Shown in pieces: positions 56,305 through 64,000 of a stretch of DNA of 64,000 nucleotides. The notes under the pieces are model-generated. The model searched no databases, was not told the DNA's origin, and saw only the letters and a list, made by a program, of their open reading frames with translations. The DNA comes from Planctomycetota bacterium. Its GTDB lineage: Bacteria > Planctomycetota > UBA1135 > UBA2386. Both the position numbers and the translations under genes were made by a program. The stretch lies in NCBI GenBank assembly GCA_947501605.1, contig CANMWZ010000010.1, positions 32,001 to 96,000 on the forward strand. The letters run 5' to 3'. How positions within the stretch are numbered: the first letter of the stretch is position 1; every line of letters begins with the position of its first letter.

Positions 56305-59193
56305 GTGACTTCCACGAACGACGCCGCCGTTGTGCGGGTGACTGCATCGCCGCGACTGCCACCCCTGGCGTTCGCGCTGGCGGCCTTGGCTTGCACGTTG
56401 CTCGCCCTCTTGGCGTACGGGCCGAGCCTGCCGGGTGCGGGCTTCCTGAACTTCGACGACAACCTCTACTTCGGGCCGGACAACGAGCTGTTTCGCGCCG
56501 CCAACGATGCCGCGCGCGAGCGCGGCGTGTTGGCAGGGTTGTGGGCCGTGGTTGGGCCGGGCGCCGTGGTCGCGGACGTCTACCTGCCCGTTGCCCATGC
56601 GTCGCTCTGGCTCGATGGGTGGTGGTTCGACGGCCGCCCGTTCGGGCCGCACCTTGTCGCCGTCTTGCTACACGCATGCGCCGGCGTGCTGTTGCTGCGT
56701 TGGCTCCTGGCGATGCGCCTGCCGGTCGTGGTCGCGGGCGCTACAGCCGGCGCCTTCGTCGTGCATCCGGCGCTGTGCGAGTCGGTTGCCTGGGTGAGTG
56801 GTCGCAAGGACCTGCTCTGCGGCGTGTTCGTGTTCGCGGCCCTGTGGCGGACTTCGTGTTTCGTCACCACGGGCCGCCGCATGGAGTTGGTGGCGATGTT
56901 CGTACTGGCCGTGTTGGCGATGTACAGCAAAGCCACCGCGGTCGTGTTGCCGCTGGTCGCGGGCCTCACCGTGCTCTGGCTGCACGGCGACCGCCGCGCC
57001 TATCTCGCGCCGCTCGTGCTACTGCTCGCGACGTTGCCGATTGCTCTGCATCATCAGTCCAACGCAGCGCTCGCCGGAACGATGATTGGCGGCGGTGCCA
57101 TCGATCGCCTGCCGCAGGTTCCTGGTGCCTTGCTGCACTACGCGATGACGGCGGCTTGGCCGACCCATCTCAATGTCCTCTATCCCGAAGTCGCAACGCT
57201 CGAGCGTTTCCGCCTTGGCGCGTTCGCGGCTTCCGGCGCGCTCGGCGTGCTGCTGTTGGTCGCGCTGATGTGTTGCTGCCACCGGCGACTGCGTTGGACC
57301 GGCATCGGTCTCGCGGGCTTCTTCGTCGCCCTGCTGCCCTTCAACACCGCATTCCCCGCGTCCGTGATCGGCGTCGCCGACCGCTATCTGTACTTGGCCG
57401 TGCCGTGGCTGGCCGTGGCGCTGTTTTCGCTCGTGCCACAGCGAGGACGCTGGCCTTGTGTCGTGGGGGTGGCGGTGGTGTTCGTGCTGTTGGTCGCGAC
57501 CTGGCAGCGCGCGCCGACCTTCGGCTCGAGCGAGCAGCTGTGGTGCGACAGCCTCGAGCAAGATCCTGTCAATGCGGTCGCGCTACTGAACCTCATCCAA
57601 GCGACCTCGCGACGTCACGAAGGTGCGTCGGTCGTCGATCTCGCTGCCACCAAGGAGCTCGCCGAGCGAGCGGTGGCCGCGGCACGCTATCCCGAACACG
57701 AACGCCGTGCGCAGTTGTTGCTGCTGCAGTTTGCGCTGGCAGAGAACCGGCTCGAAGCGGCCTCGCTTGCCTGTCGGCGCGCCTTGGCCGCCACCGAGCG
57801 CATCGCAGACTCGGGCAGGGTGTCGCGGCCGGTTGCCGAGCAGCTTCTGGTCGAGACCTTGCTGTCGTCGATCACGCCGCTGCGGCTCGCCGGCGAAGGC
57901 GAGGCGGCTGTCCGAGCGCTCGAGCGCGCGAAGTCGCTGCGACCCAGCGACGCTCGCATCGCTGCGGCCGAGGTGCTGCTGGCGGTCGAGGCGTTGGTCG
58001 CCTCGACGGGTGGCGCTGCAGTCGCCCCGGCCGATCCCCGATTGACTGCGATCGAGCGCCAGATCGAGGCAGCGCGCAAGGACAAGGCGGAGGATGCCCA
58101 ACTCGAGTATGCCGCGGGCGTCTTCGCTCGCCTGAAGGGGCAGAGCTTGAAGGCCATCGCGTGCTTTCGCCGCGCCGCCGGACGGAGTCCGGAACTTGCC
58201 GAGGCCTGGGTTGGCGCTGCCGAAGTCTGTCTCGACGGGGCGATGGCGGCCGAGGCCGAAGAGTACGCGCGCGGTGGCATCTCGATTGCCGTTCAACTGG
58301 GCCGCGCCGCGGACCCGCGCTTGCGTTTGTGCCTCGCGCGGGCGTTGCAGGGCCAGGGGCGCCTCGACGAGGCAATCGGTTCCCTGCAGGACTACGTCAA
58401 CCAAACCGGTCTGCGTGATCGCGACGCCGCGCGGTTGCTGTCCGGTCTCCTGATGCACAAGGCGCGGCAGCGGTTGTCCGCACCCGACGTCACGCACACA
58501 GAGCTGCAGGGCATGATCGAACGAGCCCTGCGGGTCAATCCACAGGAGCCTGCGGTCGATCTCGTCAGGGCCCGGATCCTGCGGGATCAGCGGCGATTCG
58601 CTTCGGCCATCGAAGCGCTGGAGCGGCTGCAGCGAGCGATGCCCGACCTCGAAGACACGGCGGAGATGCTGGCCGAGAACCTCCGCGACCTCGGCTACCA
58701 ACGGCTCATCGCCAAGGACGATGCCGCTGCCGCCGACGCATGGCTTCGCTGCGTCGCGCTCAACGTGCCCGAAGTTCCGCTCGACGCCGTGAAGCTCCAG
58801 CTCGCGGCGATCTGGCGACGGCAAGAGCAGGCGGGCATCGCTGCGCGCCAGAATGGCGACGAGTCGGGTGCGCGGGCGGCTTTCCGCTTGTGTCTGCGAA
58901 TCGCTCCAGACCAGTGGTGGGCCGCGTGGCTGTTGGTCTTGGGCTTGGTCGAAGATCCCGCTGCAGATGTCCACGAACTGGAACAACGGAGCCAGCAGGC
59001 GATCGACTGGCAGGTGCAGCACCAGTTGGAACGCAGTCGCCAAGTGATCGTGAGAGCCATGGTGTTGCGGCGTCTGCAGCGCCAGGAGGAGGCCAGGACG
59101 CTGCTCGATGACTACTTGGCGGCGCCGGATGCCGAGACCTCGGCGGAGATGCTGCAGGCGTTGCGTAGTCTGCGCCGCGAACTCGATCCTTGA
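56305..59193 (+). CDS. TMTC-like GT-C glycosyltransferase with C-terminal TPR repeats
   Basis: First-loop NFDD, HPALCESVAWVSGRKDLL, SKATAVVLP, WP..L...YP and ADRYLYL. About 11 TM helices, then TPRs. Start uncertain (56104-56338). Confidence 0.85.
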   Translation: MTSTNDAAVVRVTASPRLPPLAFALAALACTLLALLAYGPSLPGAGFLNFDDNLYFGPDNELFRAANDAARERGVLAGLWAVVGPGAVVADVYLPVAHASLWLDGWWFDGRPFGPHLVAVLLHACAGVLLLRWLLAMRLPVVVAGATAGAFVVHPALCESVAWVSGRKDLLCGVFVFAALWRTSCFVTTGRRMELVAMFVLAVLAMYSKATAVVLPLVAGLTVLWLHGDRRAYLAPLVLLLATLPIALHHQSNAALAGTMIGGGAIDRLPQVPGALLHYAMTAAWPTHLNVLYPEVATLERFRLGAFAASGALGVLLLVALMCCCHRRLRWTGIGLAGFFVALLPFNTAFPASVIGVADRYLYLAVPWLAVALFSLVPQRGRWPCVVGVAVVFVLLVATWQRAPTFGSSEQLWCDSLEQDPVNAVALLNLIQATSRRHEGASVVDLAATKELAERAVAAARYPEHERRAQLLLLQFALAENRLEAASLACRRALAATERIADSGRVSRPVAEQLLVETLLSSITPLRLAGEGEAAVRALERAKSLRPSDARIAAAEVLLAVEALVASTGGAAVAPADPRLTAIERQIEAARKDKAEDAQLEYAAGVFARLKGQSLKAIACFRRAAGRSPELAEAWVGAAEVCLDGAMAAEAEEYARGGISIAVQLGRAADPRLRLCLARALQGQGRLDEAIGSLQDYVNQTGLRDRDAARLLSGLLMHKARQRLSAPDVTHTELQGMIERALRVNPQEPAVDLVRARILRDQRRFASAIEALERLQRAMPDLEDTAEMLAENLRDLGYQRLIAKDDAAAADAWLRCVALNVPEVPLDAVKLQLAAIWRRQEQAGIAARQNGDESGARAAFRLCLRIAPDQWWAAWLLVLGLVEDPAADVHELEQRSQQAIDWQVQHQLERSRQVIVRAMVLRRLQRQEEARTLLDDYLAAPDAETSAEMLQALRSLRRELDP

Positions 59194-59357
59194 ATCGCGA
59201 CATGAGTTCGTTTTCGCAGCTTGCCGCGCGCCTCAGCGCTGGCTAACTTCGCCGCACTTCCGGTCGGTCAACCGGAAGTGGTTTCCGCAGGCGGTTCGTC
59301 CCAGCGCCATTGCTCATGGTGCAGGAGGGTGCTTTGGCACGTCGGTCAGGCGATTTG

Positions 59358-59984
59358 ATGAGTTTGTTGGCGCATCGTGGCTCCAGTTCTAGGGGCTCCG
59401 GTCGGCGCAGTTCGGTCTCCGGCTTCTTCCACCAGGTGTCGTCGGTCATCCGCGCCGTGGTGGGCAGCAGTCGCAAGGACCCCACCGCGCCGAGGCGCAG
59501 CAGTCGTTCTTCGAGCCCTGGGCGCTCGGCCAGCATTGGCGTCGCCGGAGCGGCGATCGTCTGCATGGGCCTTGGCTATGTGCTAGGGAACACGTTCCCG
59601 TGGCAGCAAGAGGCCAGTAAGGGCGGCTTGAAGGTTCAGGCGCCGCGAGCCGGACTCGCGCCGGGGCCGATCGGGGAGCAGGAGGATATGCGGCCCTTGT
59701 CGGGCGCCTTCTTCCTGACCTCCAGCTACCGCGACGTCGATGGCGCCTCCGGCGCTGCCAAATCTCTGCGCCAAGCCGGAATCGCCAAAGCGCGCGTCCG
59801 CGAGTTCAAGAAGCCAGGGGATGCAACTGGGGCGGTGGTCTACGGCCTTGTTGTCTACTTCGACGGCCCGCGCGAGCGCGGCGTCGCCTTGACGGCTCTC
59901 CAGGCGGTGCCGGCGCCCGACGCGGCGTTCGACAACTTCAGAAAAACGGCCAAGGTCTGGCCTCTTGAGGACATCGTCCGCTAG
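59358..59984 (+). CDS. Bitopic membrane protein with a possible C-terminal SPOR-like domain
   Basis: Basic N-terminus, one TM helix (VAGAAIVCMGLGYVLG), then a beta-alpha-beta-beta-alpha pattern (TSSYRDVDGASGAAKSLRQAG...YGLVV). Confidence 0.55.
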   Translation: MSLLAHRGSSSRGSGRRSSVSGFFHQVSSVIRAVVGSSRKDPTAPRRSSRSSSPGRSASIGVAGAAIVCMGLGYVLGNTFPWQQEASKGGLKVQAPRAGLAPGPIGEQEDMRPLSGAFFLTSSYRDVDGASGAAKSLRQAGIAKARVREFKKPGDATGAVVYGLVVYFDGPRERGVALTALQAVPAPDAAFDNFRKTAKVWPLEDIVR

Positions 59985-60040
59985 ACTGCTCCGCCCTTTG
60001 AGTGCCCGGCTTGCGTCCGGGCCCATGAATCTGACTGGTC

Positions 60041-60328
60041 ATGTCGATCCACTCTAGTCTCAAGCTTTCCGGCGCCGGCAGTGGCCAGCGCAACGTCTGG
60101 TCGCGCATGGAGCGCATCGCCGTGCTCAAGAAAAGCGGCCGTTGGCAGGATGGTGATCGCGTCACCGGCCTTCCCAAGGTTCGCACCAGCTTCAAGGTCA
60201 AGTCCAAGAAGTCTGCTCCCAAGGCCGATGCGGCCGCACCTGCTGGTGGCAAGGCCGCTGCGAAGCCCGCTGCCGCGAAGGCCGCTGCGAAGCCCGCCGC
60301 TGCTGCGAAGCCCGCCGCGAAGAAGTGA
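60041..60328 (+). CDS. PVC-superphylum signature small basic protein with an AKP-rich histone-H1-like tail
   Basis: MSIHSSLK...RNVWSRMERIAVLKKSGRW......GLPKVR, then KAAAKPAAAKAAAKPAAAAKPAAKK. Confidence 0.88.
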   Translation: MSIHSSLKLSGAGSGQRNVWSRMERIAVLKKSGRWQDGDRVTGLPKVRTSFKVKSKKSAPKADAAAPAGGKAAAKPAAAKAAAKPAAAAKPAAKK

Positions 60329-60462
60329 GCTGAGGCCCTCGCGACGGAGCCCAGGAGTCCTCGCCCGTGGCCCATCCGAATCCTCCTGCAGCGCTCGTAG
60401 GTCCCTGCTGCGTGCGTTTGCTGGCGTGGCCTGCACGGGCGCGCCGCGAGGACTGAATCATC

Positions 60463-61584
60463 ATGCTTGCTGAGCGCATGGGTCGCATTGAGCCGAGCGG
60501 CATCCGCCGCATCTTCGAGCTCATGACGACCATGGACGATCCGATCAACCTGTCGATCGGACAAGCCCATTACGACACGCCGCCGGAGCTGGTCGAAGCC
60601 GCATGTCGCGCGCTGCGCGCTGGCTTCAACCGCTACACGGTGACGCAGGGGTTGCCGCGGCTGAACGCCCGCATCCTTGACGACGTCAAGCTGCGCTACG
60701 GCCGACGGCCGGAGGCGAGCCTAGTCACGGCTGGTGTTTCAGGCGGCATCGTGCTGGCGTTCCTCGCCCTGCTCGATCCGGGCGACGAGATCCTGCTGCC
60801 CGATCCGGGCTTCATGATGTACCGCAATCTCGCCACGGTGATCGGGGCCGTGCCGCGGTTTTACTCGGCATATCCCAGACAAGTCGGCGGTCGCTTTGCC
60901 ACCGACGCAGACGAGATCGAGTCGCTCATCACGGACCGCACCCGCGTGCTGTTCTTGAACTCCCCATCGAACCCGACGGGTGCGGTGATGACCAAAGCCG
61001 AGATCGAGGCCGCGTGCGCGGTGGCGGATCGTCATGGGCTCGTGGTCATCAGCGACGAGATCTACGATTTCTTCACGTACGATAGCGACTACGCATCGCC
61101 CGTTGCGTGTGCGGCTCAGTGCGTGCAACTCGGCGGCTTCAGCAAGACCTATGGCATCCCTGGATGGCGCATGGGCTATGCGACCGGACCGACCAAGGTG
61201 CTCGAGGCGATGAAGACGTTGCAGCAGTTCAGCTTCGTCTGTGCACCGGCACCGTTCCAGCACGCGCTGCTCGACGTCGCATTCGAACTCGACATGAAGC
61301 CGTACTTCGATGACTACCGCAGGAAGCGCGACTTCGTCGCACGCTCGCTGCACCCGTCGTACGCGCTGTTGCCCCCCGAAGGGTCCTTCTACGCATTCCC
61401 GCAGCTACCACGCGGCATGAATGGCGACGCGTTCCTCCAGGCTGCGATCGAACACAAGCTGCTCATCGTTCCCGGCAAGTCGTTTTCATCGCGCGACACG
61501 CACTTCCGCCTCGCCTTTGCTGCGGACGACGCCACGTTGCGACGCGGCGTCGACGTGCTGAATCAGCTCGTCGTCCACGACTGA
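60463..61584 (+). CDS. Class I/II PLP aminotransferase (AspB-like)
   Basis: LSIGQ, NSPSNPTG, ISDEIY and GFSKTYGIPGWRMG. Confidence 0.93.
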   Translation: MLAERMGRIEPSGIRRIFELMTTMDDPINLSIGQAHYDTPPELVEAACRALRAGFNRYTVTQGLPRLNARILDDVKLRYGRRPEASLVTAGVSGGIVLAFLALLDPGDEILLPDPGFMMYRNLATVIGAVPRFYSAYPRQVGGRFATDADEIESLITDRTRVLFLNSPSNPTGAVMTKAEIEAACAVADRHGLVVISDEIYDFFTYDSDYASPVACAAQCVQLGGFSKTYGIPGWRMGYATGPTKVLEAMKTLQQFSFVCAPAPFQHALLDVAFELDMKPYFDDYRRKRDFVARSLHPSYALLPPEGSFYAFPQLPRGMNGDAFLQAAIEHKLLIVPGKSFSSRDTHFRLAFAADDATLRRGVDVLNQLVVHD

Positions 61585-61601
61585 GCCGCGGCGGCCTCGA
61601 T

Positions 61602-62360
61602 ATGCAGGAACCTCGCGCGCCCCTGATCGAGATGTTCTGGTCGGTACAGGGCGAGGGGCGATTCGTCGGCGAGTCGATGGCGTTTCTGCGCGTGGCAACG
61701 TGTCCCTTGCGCTGCAGCTACTGTGACACGCCGCACAGCTACACCGCAGCAGCGGCCTACCCTGTTCACGGTGCGCGCGGCGAATCGCAGGAGCCCAACC
61801 CAGCGCCGGCGTCGCGGGCCGCCGAGCTCGTGACCTCGTTGCGGCCGCTGCAGCATCGCCCGACGCCGCGAGTGTCGATCACCGGCGGCGAGCCTCTGGT
61901 GTTTCCAGCGTTCATTCGGGCTGTTGGTGAGCGGCTGCGTCCGAGCGGGTGGAAGGTCCACCTCGAGACTGCTGCTATCGATGCCGCGGCGCTGCAGCTT
62001 TGCGCCGCCCAGGTCGACCACTTGTCGGCGGACTACAAGCTACCGGAGACGATCGGAGGCCATGACTACGGTGGGGCCCACGTCGATTGTTGCGATGTCG
62101 CACTACGGAACGGCGCCTCCGTCGACGTCAAGATCGTGCTCACGGCAGGTGCCACCGAGGCCTCCTTGAACCGTGCCCTCACGCGCTTGCAGCCCCTCCG
62201 CGCTCGGATTCTGCTCGTACTGCAGCCAGTGACGCCGTGCCTGCGTGAGACCGAGCCGCTGCCGGCAGCGGCGCTCGAACGCGCAATCGACCTCGCTGTC
62301 ACAGCGGGCTTCGACCTGCGTGTGCTGCCGCAGGTTCACAAGCTGCTCCAAGTGCCCTGA
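61602..62360 (+). CDS. queE: 7-carboxy-7-deazaguanine synthase (radical SAM)
   Basis: EMFWSVQGEG, CPLRCSYCDT, TGGEP, LQP and RVLPQVHK. Confidence 0.9.
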   Translation: MQEPRAPLIEMFWSVQGEGRFVGESMAFLRVATCPLRCSYCDTPHSYTAAAAYPVHGARGESQEPNPAPASRAAELVTSLRPLQHRPTPRVSITGGEPLVFPAFIRAVGERLRPSGWKVHLETAAIDAAALQLCAAQVDHLSADYKLPETIGGHDYGGAHVDCCDVALRNGASVDVKIVLTAGATEASLNRALTRLQPLRARILLVLQPVTPCLRETEPLPAAALERAIDLAVTAGFDLRVLPQVHKLLQVP

Positions 62361-62430
62361 TCGCCAGGGCGCTCGCCGCCAGCGATCGTGCTCGTTACGC
62401 GCTGCGCGTTGTCCGCTATGGTGAGGCTCC

Positions 62431-63636
62431 ATGGCCGATCGAATCGGACGCAGCAGTTCCCAGCGCTGGGCTGGCGCCCTCGCAGCAATCTTCGCGCTGG
62501 TCGGACTCGCAGTCGCTGGTCCTGCACAGTCGGTTCCCGCGACGACGTGTCGCACATGCGGCAACCACGGCGTTCTCGACTGCAGCAAGCACAAGAAGGG
62601 CTGGCTCGAGATCGAGCGTGCGGTTGCTTTTTGCAGCGTCGCCGAGTCGTGCAAGAGCTGTCTTGGTGCGCTCTGCTTGGACTGCAAGCAGTGCACGAAC
62701 GAGAGCGCCGAGGGCGAGATGCAGAAGCGAGTTCAGTTGGTCAAGTCATGGCGCGAGTCGCTGCGCACGACGATCGACGCGCACAGCAGGGGCGAGCCGC
62801 TGCTGCACGTGCAAACAGCGCACATCGATCTCGGCTTCGCCATTCCGAAGATTGCCGTCGACAAGGACAAGCTCGACTCGCACGAGGGCATGCATCTCTA
62901 CGGCGACCGCATCGAGGCGCTTCGCGCGCTCTACCTGCAGACTCTGGAACTCGACGAGAAGGACTTCTCGACGCGCTTGCGCATCTACATGTGCCGGGAC
63001 TCCAAGCAGGCCAACGAACTCGGCCCACGCGTAACGGGGCTTGGTGGCAACTTCGCCGTCGGCACCAAGTTGATGGGCATCGACGCCGTGTACTGCATGT
63101 GGCAAGAGCCGCGCGGCCTGCCCGACGACGAAGCCCTGCATCGCAACATCGTCCACAACGTCGTGCACCTGCTGACTTCGAACATGGATCCTGCTGGTTA
63201 CTTCGGCAACCCTGCCAACGGCTGGGTCGACGAGGGCCTTGCCCACTGGTTTGAGGACAAGATTGGCGGCAAGTGCACCAACTACTGCTTCGAGGAGGTC
63301 CTCACCCAGCAAGGACAGACGTTCAAGGGCGGGCGTTGGCGACCGGCCGTTCGACAGATGCTCGACACCGGCGCGGTGCAGAGCCTCGCGGCGTTGGCGC
63401 AGAAGAACACGGATCAGCTGACCTATCCGGAGCACGCCCAGTCGTTCGCGATGGTCGACTACCTGATGGTCGTCTACGGCGGCAGGCAACTGCGCGATTT
63501 CGTGCGGGAGCTGAAGAGGAAGACGCCGATGCGCGATGCGATGCAAGCCGTCTACGGCACGACGCCACTGTCGTTCGATACGGAGTTTCAAGCATGGGTC
63601 AAAGCCAACTACTCGCCGCTCGACTCGCAGCGCTGA
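62431..63636 (+). CDS. Secreted Cys-rich protein with a degenerate gluzincin (peptidase MA / DUF1570-like) domain
   Basis: Signal peptide (GPA-Q), CxxC clusters, HNVVH (for HExxH), WVDEGLA and AQSFAMVDYL. Confidence 0.7.
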   Translation: MADRIGRSSSQRWAGALAAIFALVGLAVAGPAQSVPATTCRTCGNHGVLDCSKHKKGWLEIERAVAFCSVAESCKSCLGALCLDCKQCTNESAEGEMQKRVQLVKSWRESLRTTIDAHSRGEPLLHVQTAHIDLGFAIPKIAVDKDKLDSHEGMHLYGDRIEALRALYLQTLELDEKDFSTRLRIYMCRDSKQANELGPRVTGLGGNFAVGTKLMGIDAVYCMWQEPRGLPDDEALHRNIVHNVVHLLTSNMDPAGYFGNPANGWVDEGLAHWFEDKIGGKCTNYCFEEVLTQQGQTFKGGRWRPAVRQMLDTGAVQSLAALAQKNTDQLTYPEHAQSFAMVDYLMVVYGGRQLRDFVRELKRKTPMRDAMQAVYGTTPLSFDTEFQAWVKANYSPLDSQR

Positions 63637-64000
63637 CTGTCGTTGCGGTCCAGCTTCTGGCCCAGGGTCCGCTCTATCGCGAGCGCTGGGCTGACCTGCA
63701 CCTTCTGCTGCTGCGCGAACGTGTGCTGGTCGAGTGCGGCGGTCGCGATGACGAGACCGTGAAGAAGGTCGCGTCGTTGCTCGTGGAGGGGAACGACTCG
63801 ATCCCGTTCCGGCCGGCCAGCAAGGCTCTGGCGCACTTGCGCGGCGTTGCCTGTGACGAGGCGTTCCTCGTGCGCTCGACGATTGGTGCATTCGTGCTGC
63901 CCGAGGTGGTGGACCCCGAGGGCCAGCAGCCGGCGTGTCACTCGCTCAACGTGACGGTCTTGCTGCCCTACTTGCTGCCGATGCCGGGGGGCGCGCGGTT
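63594..64000 (+). CDS. Secreted hypothetical protein (truncated at the window end)
   Basis: Not in the ORF track. GGAG lies 8 nt upstream of the ATG at 63594. MGQSQLLAARLAALTVVAVQLLA-QGPLYRERW... stays open to the end of the window. Confidence 0.7.
   Translation, partial: MGQSQLLAARLAALTVVAVQLLAQGPLYRERWADLHLLLLRERVLVECGGRDDETVKKVASLLVEGNDSIPFRPASKALAHLRGVACDEAFLVRSTIGAFVLPEVVDPEGQQPACHSLNVTVLLPYLLPMPGGAR

Noticed and set aside
61602..62360. queE as part of a dpd 7-deazaguanine DNA-modification island
   Set aside because: No dpdA/tgt-like, queC, queD or folE neighbours.
63609..63941. Minus-strand 110-aa ORF in the track
   Set aside because: It is the antisense shadow of the + strand CDS starting at 63594.
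1..64000. CRISPR arrays, tRNA/rRNA, IS elements, prophage
   Set aside because: I saw no regularly spaced repeats with unique spacers, no tRNA/rRNA signatures, and no transposase, integrase or phage genes.

Overview
A GC-rich, gene-dense bacterial chromosomal window. It is almost certainly from a PVC-superphylum organism, most likely a planctomycete: it encodes the PVC signature small basic protein, planctomycete-style lipoprotein secretins, a DMG-type Ser/Thr kinase and many TPR proteins. I can support about 47 CDSs and saw no rRNA, tRNA, CRISPR array or mobile element. Housekeeping genes include acpH, acpS, hutU, tex, waaF, queE, a family-4 uracil-DNA glycosylase, aminotransferases, an ABC transporter and two-component genes. 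Five things stand out. (1) A three-gene operon of a stand-alone BY-kinase-like P-loop ATPase, a coiled-coil protein and a clearly MamK-type actin, with no other magnetosome genes (38.2-40.9 kb). (2) A 12-kb envelope-machine cluster next to it: secretin, TPR, TPR, ExbB, ExbD, ExbD, secretin, with no TonB, pilin or secretion ATPase (41.8-53.8 kb). (3) A highly structured, apparently independently transcribed ~230-nt plus-strand ncRNA candidate (20.8-21.05 kb) facing an operon of tex, a Nudix protein and a small Sm-like protein. (4) An active/inactive pair of DUF3857-transglutaminase-like proteins. (5) All nine predicted SPase I substrates begin with Gln after cleavage (Q-rule). Family calls come from motifs recognised by eye; no database searches were run.
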